Assembly: GCA_977030845.1 (NCBI GenBank)
Contig: OZ365113.1
Span: forward strand, 13,020,001 to 13,084,000
Source of the DNA: Fimbriosthenelais zetlandica
Taxonomy: Eukaryota
Length of the DNA: 64,000 bases
Reading direction: 5' to 3'
Part shown: positions 25,201-37,200 of the stretch, in pieces
How the letters are laid out: every line of letters begins with the position of its first letter
Numbering within the stretch: position 1 is the stretch's first letter
Made by a program: the position numbers and the translations under genes
The notes under the pieces: model-generated
Told to the model about the DNA's origin: nothing
The model's input: only the letters and a program-made list of their open reading frames with translations
Databases searched by the model: none

Positions 25201-28200
25201 ATTACCATATCATTAATGTTTTCTTTGTCTTTTTTATATTTTACAGGTAAACAACTAAGAGTTTATGAAATAGTAGTGAGGACAGGTGGTGAGTTAAAAT
25301 CCATTTTAAATAACTATATTATACGTATCAGAACATTAAGGTAAAAAAATGTCAATTGATTTCATTCTATGTATTGATTTCTGCAAGGTTATATTCTCTT
25401 CGTACTTCTATAATTTCTCTTGGCGTCTTCTTATGTACTGGAGGAGTCTTTGTCAAGTTTGAAATCTGTCAAGTACATGAGGCAGTCACCAAAACCCTCA
25501 TAATGACTACACGAGTTGAGATTTGTAGTTACAATGCCACAGTTGTGTCGCGTGGTATAATGGCTCAGCATAGGGCCTGCCTCTCATGTCATCTTGCTTG
25601 GGTCAAGTGTAGGCACTCTGACATGGATATCAACGTGACATATGTCAATTATCTTTTGCCCACTGGCCTTTACTCTCCACTTTATAATGTCTCTGCACGG
25701 CCATGTGCCAATTATAACCCACAATCTGTGCCTATAGGGAGTAGGTAGTAACCTCATGCTGCAGCGGGGGGGGGGGGGGGGGGGGGGGGTTGGGGGGTGG
25801 GGTGTTCTGGCTTTTTAAGCAACTTAGCTTAAAGGGCAGTTTGGGACAGAAATCCATGCCTTCTGAATTAATTTTTGACGCAGAATAACGTGCATTTCAT
25901 AAAATGGCAAAAATGTATACAAAATTTGTCAATATTATAATAGATGTGCAAGTAAGTGTGCATGTTTGTCTAGAAGGGGCAGAGTGTGTGGGTGGAGTTT
26001 GTCTGTGTTTGCTATTCAGCTACACTTTCCACCCAGACTGTTAGACTGTGTGTGACATGGGTGCTGATCAGTGACGAGTGTCCAGTTAACTAAACCAGAT
26101 ACAGTCTAAGTTCTAAGATTTATTACAAAAATCACGCCGATAATTACCATAAAACCCATATAAACAGCCCACAGCCTCACATACATACATGGGCAGATGT
26201 ACATTTGGATTCACTGCTTCAATATCCGGCACTGGTGCTCTGTAATTTGAAGCAAAGCCAAAAAGGAACATTCATCTATACACATTTTAATGAAAGTAAT
26301 AAGTATAATGAATCCCTTATACATCCTGAATGATACAAAAGGTAATCCATTCAGAAGAACATACATTTCATTGCAAAAATAGATGTTTTTGTTGGTGTAT
26401 GAACGTGTTCAAGAAGCGTAGAAAGGCCTTTCCTATATATGTACAATGAGGCCTTTTAGTCGCCTGTCTTATCGACCTAGCATTGAAGGTAAAAACTACA
26501 ACTATAAAGCTATTCAATGTAGTGAATGTTTTTCACCTCTTGTATTCATAGCGACGTCATGGAAAAGAAAGTGTTCATTCATCCACTATAAATAATGCAC
26601 CTATAAATATACGTCATTAATTTACGTTTCCTGTCCTCTTCCCGAGGAAAATTATTTTTTGTCAGACAGCTGGCCATTATTGGGATATTTTTTGTCGTTC
26701 ATCTATCTCAAGAATTAACCTTTTCCTTAGAATTGGTTGTAGAAGGTGCATTGTGGGCAATTATTAGTTTCCGCTGCCATATATATAATATATATTCAGG
26801 GCTCCAGCTACCGTCGCATTTCTCGCCAATTAAGGATAAAATAATTGGTTTGGCGACTATCGTCTTGCAGTTGGCTGGTGGTTGGTTCAAGGCACAGGAC
26901 AGGCCTTAGCTTTCGCACATGCAGCAGAGGATCTGCCACGCGCCGATTGTGTAGATATGTTCAAATAGACATACAAATTAGTAGACGTTCAAATCAGTAG
27001 ACGTTCAGTAGACGTTTCTTTTCTATTTGGCTTCTATGGAGCCCCAATTGGCGACAAAAATGGCTCCTGCTTTTTGTGGTCTAGCTGGAGCCCTGATAGT
27101 ATAGTATAGTAAATAGTAAAATATGATATTGTATAGACGCAGACTAGAATATAGGTATATATGCAGTAGCTCAGTATAGTATACAATATTGATGGGCCTT
27201 ATATGGATTGATTCGTTAGCTTATTAATGTGAAACTTATATGTATTGTACATCATTGGCAGGATTAAAAACAAGAACACTAATGACTAGATATGTAACTA
27301 CTGTACTGTACACAAGAGTTAGACCCAACGGATCCTATTAAAACGAGATTAGAACCTGGCATTGATGATGCTTAAGCAGCTGGACCTGTCCCTTGTGTAC
27401 TTGAGTAAGTCTTTTTAAGTGCCAAGGTTGTATTGCCCATCTCTTAGAGCTGCTACACCTTTCTTTGGTCTTGGTATTGAAGGGTTGCTAACTATAGGAT
27501 GGCCATGATTTAGCTAACGTCAGCAAATATACCCAAGTTGAAACCATCCAGTTATAGTCTTTAAGTTCTGTTCCCCTTGTATTAAAGAAGACCTCCACGA
27601 TCGGGATTACTTCTTGGTTTTGTGACATTAATGCTCCAATGAATTAAATGATATCCTTTTTTGAAAACTGCGGTGAAAGGGAAGGAAAAATGAAAAGGGA
27701 TTTTCAAGGAATGATGGAAAAAGCGAGCATGCAAGACATCAGGGCTGACTGTGACTTGGGAAGAGAGAAAGAAAAGTTAAAGAAGTCTCTCTGTCTGAAT
27801 TACAGGGTCTTATATATAAAGACTTCCTTTTGTAGGCCATGCATATCGCTGCTAAGTATAAGTAAATGTCTCATTCTGAGCGGGAACATGTCTTACACAC
27901 ATCCTGCCTTGTGTCAGCAACAGCTGGTGCTCGCCTTGATCTACATCCAGTCCCTAAAGGCCAGGCGAAGCCAGGCCATCCTAAAAGTAAAACCCCTCAC
28001 ATCAACTACGTCACTCCCTACATCACTTTGGGTCATATACAAGTAGACTGTGTTATGTCCCAACCAGTGTTTTATCATACTTGTTTGGTCTGCGAGATAT
28101 ATCTCATTCTTGGATGCCTCACAGATCTGCTAGCCTGTTGTGATGTATCAAAATCTCATTTAGAAATTTAAAATTAGATGAGATGTCTGCGGGCGAATAC

Positions 28201-31200
28201 ATTTGGCAGGAGTGATACTGAAGATATCAATTGGTTGCTTTTAAAACTGGACCATATAGATATGGAACCACATTTTGTCTGGCAGGATGGGTAACTTATA
28301 TTATCTGCCAGCGGTGGAGAGATACTGAACTTGCTGCTTGCATCTTCATTCCCATGGTGGATGTAATTGGCACCATATATACTGAAACCCTTTAAAATAT
28401 ATAGAAGATACTTGATCATATAGAATATTACTGCCAAAACAAAATACAGATGATACCCTGAATGGCAAAACATGTATTTTTTTGGTTGCCTGACGAATAC
28501 TGATATATTAATGCCCAACCTTTACAAAACTGACATAATTTTGGCAGGAGGATAGACTCTCTCACTGCCAAGTGTGGGATGCTTCAAATATATTTTGGAA
28601 GGCACACATATAATATCCCTTTCCCACCACTCTCCCTCTTCCCCGGTCTTGGCAGTAAAATATAATAGGACAATAATTTGGGGGATTTATCAGGTTCTGT
28701 CTGGTCAAAATTCAGCAAAGTTTAACTGAGTTTGTATATGGTTTTATTAGGACTTAAAATGCGGAAGAAAAATATGCCTCGTCTTGCCAGTAAATTTTAT
28801 GTTAGAGAAAAATGACACAGAGGGACACCATGCATGGTGATATAATAATTGCCTTCACTCCAAGCCCCCCTTTCTTTCGTTGGGTGAATCGTTTCTTGAA
28901 ATCTGCCTTATGTGTGATGTTGGGTGTATACAGACATGATGCTATACATGCATGTGGTCCCCCATAGTTCACCGTCCCTGCCTGCCCCTTCAATATTCAC
29001 CTCCCCTCACCATTACAACATGATAGATAAGAGAGAGACTGACTACCTACCTATCTATCACAGCTCCTGATAGACGGGTTCATCCTGCCCATATGGATGT
29101 TGATGGAGGGTTGGATCTCATCTAACTATCAGCCTAATCTGGTTACAAATTACCTCCTCCCCTTCCTCTCCCTGCTTCATATATGCACACTCCTCCACAC
29201 AGACTTCCTCCAATGTTTCCTACATATAATGCCCAACTATGTAATTCTAGTGGAAATCTGAATTTAAAAAATGGAAATATATTTTGCCATTGCATCCCAT
29301 TTCAACATCTTGGTGTTTGGACCTTAATGGCCTTGGCGATGTTAATATAAGAATATTTACATTTTGAGTCGCATGTTTATATATTTTCTGTATAGGTTTG
29401 TTCTGTGTTGTGAGATAAATAATAATAGTGGACTTTAACCTCTTTGTGGTATTCTGTCTGCTACATGTGATAGACACGTCGCTACAGTCTTCTGTCAGCG
29501 TCTGCATGCCATATATGTTGTGAAGGTAGTATATGGAAATTGGCTTCATAACCTGGGAGATGAGGTTGACTCCGCTAAAAAAGCCCACTTTACTTCTGAA
29601 CTGTTAAAGCCGTTATGGCCTGCGTGCTTGTACATATATGGAGGATGTATATGAATCATCAGGTGCAGTCAGAGATTGCTAAATACCATGCACCACGTTT
29701 TTCAATAGTCACTGTTCCACTGGACAATGATTGATGGAGTCATTGGTCATTCGTCCATTCAAATTTGTGAAAATGAATCCAATGCGGCCTGAATAAATTC
29801 CGATTGAAATCGCCTTCAAAAAACCTGCCCAGCCCTTGGCAGAATAAAATGACTAACGACACTTAAAAGCTTTGGGTCCACAATGTCGCCATCCACAAAA
29901 GAGGAGAAAATCTCCCTCATTTACAATTTAATCCATCCTGTGAGAAAATATTGCCAAAATGGAAAGAAAATAAAGATAAGTGGAGACGAAAGGAGACTTG
30001 TTGAACCTGGTGGAATTTACTGAACTTAAGCCAGGACAGCTGGCCATATGATGTGGCCTTCTTTTTCATAACTGAAGAGAGGACCAACGCTAGGGTGTTC
30101 AGGGTAATTCTTCAGGAGAATCCACTTTGGCAATGGAAGCCCCTTCCTCTGTTCTCTTTAACACAGCTCCGTACCGTCTCTCATTCTCCACCCATGGCCC
30201 TGAATTCCCACGGCCGTTTCCTCACTGAGGGCATTAAGTAGTACCTATGGACCACTTATTATTCAGATCCTACATCTCTATACTCAGCACGTCGCTGGTA
30301 GGCAATCTACAGGTCTTTCACCGGACCCATAAAGCAACCCTTGTCACCCAGGATGCATGACAACCCAAGGAAATCACAACTCCCTCTGGTACGATGAATC
30401 GTATGATTTAAAACCCGTATCGATCCCATCTAAAGATACCTTTCTCTCTTAAAGGTAGCCCAGGGTGTGTTCTAAAGAGCTACCTTTATAGATCCGCTTG
30501 ATTTTCTGAGCTTGGAGATTGGAGGGGCATATTGCAAAAATATATACAATAATTAAAGTTTCAAATAGGTCTTGTGAAAGACTATTTTTATGCAAGCTAT
30601 GCTCTGAATTATTCATCAGAATTATAAACAATGGGTTCAAGAGCATTTTCTTGGATTCCCAAATGTAAAGGGCACTCCATTCTGTTAGTCTTTACATAAG
30701 CCATACTTGTCCCCACTTGACTTTTTATTGTCCCACAAGGGGAAGCTGGTGATTCTCCAATGAAGGGTATGTAGGCATGTTTACAAGTGTGCATTAGACC
30801 TTTAGGACTGGTCAGGCGCATATGCTCCAGTCCTGACGTGTGACAGGAATTGGATATATTGCTTCTAATACAAAGGCTGGGCCTATGTGGTGTAAACCGA
30901 GTGTAAATTCAATTACACTGTCCATTGCTCATGTTTTTTTCTTCTTAAAAATGAGTTGGTTCCCTTTTACCAGATGGTAGATTTTCGCCTTAGTTCATCC
31001 GATGTAATTTTCGCAGCATCTACAGAAGGTCCTATATATTATAAATAATTTTCATTTATTATCAGTGAACAGAAGGTTTATTCTCTGAAGTTGTTCGTGA
31101 ATGACCTCAACCCCAGAGCTTATTATTGCTCGTCGGAGATATGGTCTTCATCTTGAAAACCATGTGATTAAAATATCCTGATCCTATAGTCTCAGAGGAA

Positions 31201-34200
31201 ATAGTGTTTGGCGACCTGCAAGAGAATCAATTCACAAGCAGGCAATGTAAACAGGGGAAAAGGGTCTCTCCTCCATTTCTTGAGTGCAATGTGAAAAAGA
31301 ACAAATCCATCTTATTGCCTCAGAAGCAGAAACGGAATATATTCCGCCTTGGGAATGATCAAACGTATGAAAATCAGTATGATATATGCATATTTCTCCA
31401 CCCCCTCTCAACCTCCCATGCAATCTACTGCTCCTTTCTTTCTTCAGTTCTCTCAAGCATCCTAATGGGAACCCTTAGTTAACGAGGAACCATCAAGCAG
31501 AAAGAAACCTTTCAGTGCATATTATCATTGCCCATTTTGAACCATTTCTAAAATGACGTAAAATTATTTACAGGGCCAGAACTAAGTACTAGTGTATCTA
31601 GTCTAATTACGTAAAAGCATGCTCAGCATGGTAATACCTACACCATGTCAGAGGCCACTCCAGCCTTTCCTCTCAGTCCCGTTCTTTAACACAGAACCTT
31701 GAGTAAACACTGCTCCTACTCATGAGTGGCATCAGCAGGCCATGGGCAAATGGAGTCGGAGCCATTGTTAAACATTATGCTTTGCTATTACATCAGTGTA
31801 ATCTTATAGTACATATTAAACATCCTACTGCTTGGGTGTCGAGGGATGTAATCGCTAGAACATCCTTATGATCTGGTACATTACAAAGTTGAGCATCAGA
31901 GCTCTACGTAACATCCATGTATAAGATGTTGGATAATATAGGGTCGAGTTTAAGCTGAAACAATAAGACAAGTAATGGAGGGAATCTAAATGCATGTGAC
32001 GTCATATTGCATAAGGCGTTTCTACTCTCCCAGCATTATGTAACCGAAGACACTTGGATACCGAAGACATAAATGAAGCATATGACAGTCACATACATTA
32101 TGACATACATGACGTACAATACTCCTTATGGCAAAATTAAGGCTTTCTATAAAATATTTAATTCCATTTGGGGTCCAAGACGAGGGGATCCTGACAGAAG
32201 AGACATTTCGTTCTGCCTGGAAGGTCTTCTGACAACTTCATTGTAGTTTACATTTTCATTGAGGACATAACTTGATGAGTCTGTCGGTAGTGAAGCAGAT
32301 TTGGTGGATAGGGTCAATCAAACAATAGCATGGTGAGTTGTTTGTGTTGGTGAGTGGTCAGTGATGAATGGTCTGTCAGTAGCAGGTGGTTAGTACAGGC
32401 AGTGTATAGAGTGGACGCCTCTCATGTCCTCCAGGCCTCCTCCCCCCGAGCCTCTCACTCACCCTTTACACGAGCTGCTCAAGACATTCCACCGTCTTCT
32501 TCATCTTATTGTTCCTGTGGAGTTTGGTCCTGTCCCTCATGTCCTGCTCGTTCCATTCCTCTGTGGTCATTCTGTCTAAAGGACATTTTTCCTCCAGGGC
32601 GTCTACTTTGTCTATGGCGTTCATGTCCACTATATATATAGGAGGGTGTGTGTACGAGTTTTGCTACACCTCCATCATTCCGACTGTTTGGGTTAACTAG
32701 GTTTATTCTCGCGAGATCAGTGTCGCTTCTATCAAATAAATATGCTTCGGGTTCTTTCCTGCTGAGGCTCATGGGATCTCAGCAGAAAAGCGATTACCTG
32801 GAAAATTGCTCCCCTCCTCGCCCCCTTCCTCCTAACAATCTGGGACGTGCAGATAAGAAAGCCCGAAGAATGAAGGTCCCTTTCAATGGTATGCATTGGC
32901 ATGCTCTGGCCACGGCAATGGGCTTGACATTGATGGATTCCTTTTCATTTACTTCCTTGGTAAAATTACACTATGTCCAATATACCTTTAGTCAGTAGCT
33001 CATTCTGTCGGTATGGTGCCTCTTCGCTGATAGTTAAGCAAGATCGATCGAAAAAATACAAGTATGAGGGTTAATTAATTGCTATGAGCACATCCATCAC
33101 TCTCAATTACTCTTAAAAGAGTGTGAAAAAAACACAGATCGGAGACAGTCTGTGAGATACATATCTCAGGAGATACTGCACTTGGCAAGTTGCTGCTCTG
33201 CCTTATGAATATTGTGCGGATACTTAGCGGGAGGCGTTGTAGTGCATTTAAACAATGTAGTTTGCTGATGGTCTCCTCACCATAACCTATCTTGGTACGC
33301 TCCTAATCCCGATTTTCTTACTTTAGGCAATACAGTGTACCGTTCTCAGCTGGGCTAAATAACTTGTTACGTTAAGGATTTCCAGTTCATGAAACGTCGT
33401 TGCGGCAGGAATGCATATATGTATGTTGCAGGGAATTAAGGACCCAACACTATCTGCACAAACCTATCTGCAGAACTTTCTCGAGGTGCTGTATATATGC
33501 ATCTGGTCAGCTGGTAGCATCTTATTAATCTCATATATATCCAATTTATTCTCACAATGTCTGTATGGTCCAGTGCTTTTTTCCCTGATAGCTTCATTCT
33601 GTTGTCGCATACTACAGCCTTCTTATGCTCAGAGAAGTTGCCTCGAATAACATTTAGAGCTGGAATGTTTAAAAGAAATGTGTCCGTTGAAAAAATCCCA
33701 TTAGCATTACTATTGATCAAAGGGGAAATGATTTTCTTTTTCATTTGTGTTTTATGGTTGTCAGAAAGGGAGATGATATAATGGACTGTTCAATAAATGA
33801 AAGGAAAGGACGGTCGTGGTTAATTCAATGCCTTTCTTCATGGCATCTTAATGGCATGGAAGATCATGGATGTAATCTTATCCCGGGGATGAAAGAAACT
33901 CGGTTTCCTTGTCATTGATACTCCCTTAATTGTTATTTCCAAGGAAAATCTGTGGTCAGAAGTACCAAAAGAACGCTATATATTTCTGGCAAACGCATTC
34001 TTTTAGAAAAAGATGTTTCTCATCCTTGTTTGACCCTCCAGGAGGAATTCTTTGACTTAAGCAAGGCGTCTGTATACAGTAGCTTCCCTATGGTATCAAA
34101 AGAAAGGAAATTGGATGGAAGAACACACATCTTAAAAGTCTCTTCAAAGTAAGTTTCTCTTTCTCTGAGGTTTTCTGGTATAGCCTGAGCTGGGAACAGG

Positions 34201-37200
34201 TGGTGGCCCCTACGGCATTGAATGCTTTATGGAATGATAAAGGCAGCAACTATCAGCCTTTATCTCACATATTCCCATTATCTACACACCCCACCAATCC
34301 ATAAGGGACCACCTTATCCCAGTCACACCAGTCCCAGTTATTCTCCAGTCAATCTTAACCACCCTCTATTATTTAGATGACGTTGCCCTATAAACAATGT
34401 CCCGAAGGAATGTTCTGGTGAAGGAGGAAAAAGGCCAGTGGTCCTCCGGAAGCAGATTGAGTTGATGAAAATATGTCCCCCAGAGTTGGCCCCATCTAAA
34501 TCTCAATAATCATTTGATGTGATGGGATGAACCTCTTTGCCACTGTCAAGTCCTCGGGGCACTGAATGTGCTTATTCCGTGTGGCTTCAGTACTGTATTT
34601 GTCGCTTCATATTGTTGGCTGTGAAGTTACTGTTATTGGGCTCAAATGAAAGCTTCACAGTGTGTTTTCTGGGTACTTTACCTTTTCTACTGTTGTTGCC
34701 CATCTCCACCGCAAGTCTCTGGTACATGAATATCTCTGAAGAAGGGATTGTTAACGATATCAAAGTAGTTTTGAAAGCACAAACTTATGACTTGTCTAAT
34801 CTTGCGTAAACGTCTTAGTTTAGATTGTTTTGTTTATTTGAGTGATGAACATCTCATATCTCTGTGCCCCTTGAGGTCCCGATAATACAGATGTTACATC
34901 AAATGAGCTCACAGGAGCTGTACCTTTAATCCCTATGAAACAGTATTACCTTACTTCTGCTCTCACAGCAGAAAGCTTCCTTATTGACCAAACACTACAC
35001 TGTTCTTTCCTCTCCTACCCTCCCACTCCCCTGTTTACCTTTTCCTGTCAATAAGTTCAGACCATGGCTCATCTATCATTTCTCTGGGAGCAGAGGTGAG
35101 ACCATTTGTGCAATTGCCTCGACCAATAGACCAGCTTTGTCTCGCTGCTCCACTCCACCAGACAATTGATCCTTTATATACTGAATGCTCTTCTTTTCAT
35201 TGTATTGTCTCAGGGGTACATACCATATATTTTTGACTAATACTTGGTCTCGTATGTTGTTGAACAACTTTTAACTTACTCACTTCTTGTTTATTAGAAT
35301 TCGAAAACTTTCTCCAGGCAGCATTCTCTTCAATCTTCACAAACTTATTTATAGATTCATTGACTTTCGTCTTTTGATTATGTCTAGCTGTTATTTACCA
35401 TTGAGTTGCCAATGTGCCAACAGGTTCGGCTAGACCTCAAAGTATCCCTAAACTCAAAGAGTGCATGAGAGACAGGTGCCGTGGGCCACCTTCACTAGTT
35501 TCATATTACTCTCATTGTTACCACCTATCCTTTGGGGAAATAAGATAAAGCCCATGAGAGAGCCTCATGTGAGATGAATGTCATCAAATCCAACGGTGGC
35601 ATTTCAGTATTGCCAGGGTATAAAGTGTCCATAGACTTGGTTGACTAAACCTCAAATCTGTGTGTATATTTTATGGACCAGATCATGAGAAGCATCACGT
35701 TGGTTTCCTCTGATCAGCGTCCTCAGCTGGGTTGTTCTTTGCAGCTAGTGTATAGTGTCTTATCTCGCATGGCATCCCAGTTCAGCTTTTTCTCATTAAA
35801 TCTTATATTAATTCTTATTATATACATACTGATTGCTCTTTTCTAACTTTACTATTCCCAGGGTGGAGGGGAGTTAGCTCAGTTGGTTAGAGCGCCAGCT
35901 CACACAGGGTGGTTGACCAATGATCGAAGGGTCGGCGGTTCAATCCCCCGAGCTGTCCAAGGCATTTCCAATGCCTCCCTCCTCACGGTTGTACATATGT
36001 TCTAATGTAATGTAATGTAATAGTTCATTTATATAGCGCAAGTATCATGTAGTAATGCACATAGAAAGAGCCCCCAGCTGAAAATCATACGAGAAACTTG
36101 AGTAATCAAGAGTGGTTATATACCTCACGATGTAATTGAGGTGTTTTGTCTGCATTGTTCTGCCTTTCCACTTTAAGTACTTCTCTATCTGCTACATGGT
36201 TACTGGATCAAAGTGAGTTAGTAATCCATGAATCTCGCGGGTGCGATACCTTGTGTACCAGGCTAGTTTCTTAATAATACATCGCATTGGTACAGTGTGC
36301 AGATACAATCAGAAGCTCCCACCAGGGCCAGGGTGAACAATTGATTTTAAGAGCTCTTGTATAATCTATCTTCATTTCCTTCTACAATACCACGCTGTTT
36401 TCAATTCATATTCAGAAGGTTGAAGACTACATAATCTCTCTACTAAAAGACCCCCAAGAAGACAAGGCTGCAGATAGAATTTGAATTGGGTCCAAGCATC
36501 TGAAGATAAAAATTAATGAAGTCCCAGTCCCATTATATCCTGTCGCTCGATCTCATTTCCATCTCATGATGTATACCACATATGTACACATCATAAAAGG
36601 AGTGAAACTAACTTCACATTCGAAAGGTCATCCTCTACCCGTAGCTGCAAGCAAATTGTTTTCTGTTCACCAATTTGTTTCACAGATTCCCGCAAGCCAA
36701 GCACTTGGGGAGCGACGTTTATTATGCAGTCAGGACTCTAATCCTTCCTCATTGACTGTCATTGGTAAGCAGGAGCAGGAGATGCCTTTATTCTTGACTT
36801 GCACAATTGGGCCTTCACTTGTAAAACGGGAGAAATGGGTGTGATGATTATGCTTCAGGTTTCATAAAACGGCAATGATATTCTAACTTGGTTTCACAGC
36901 ATCTTTATGTGTATTTAGACATAAGGATCAATAATGTAACAGTGAATATAGCTGATGCTTTTCAGTGTACTGGAAATTTTCTTCATTTCATGAGTCCATC
37001 TGGGAGACTTTATGAAATATTGAAAGTCATTCCATTCTCGCTTTCAATTCCGTCTCAGCGTAATAAGACACAAAACACTCTCCAAGCAGTAGTAGGAGAC
37101 AGGCATTCATGCAGGCCTATGGATGGTGAAATAGGATCCACCAACCCTAATGGGTTAGGCCATCCACCAACGGCATCAAGATTTCATGAACCATGCTGAT

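Noticed and set aside
25247-25288. YEIVVRTG read as the start of a PLAT/LH2 domain of a nested gene
   Set aside because: I found no following GAGTDA-type exon or other PLAT exons in the intron. The motif is too short to support the call.
32870-32940. GMHWHALATAMGL resembling a death-domain helix (W..LA..LG)
   Set aside because: The rest of the domain pattern is missing, there is a stop soon after, and no splice support.
35868-35960. Possible tRNA gene (also at 44375)
   Set aside because: The acceptor, anticodon and T stems do not pair, and the shared non-tRNA tail identifies a SINE.
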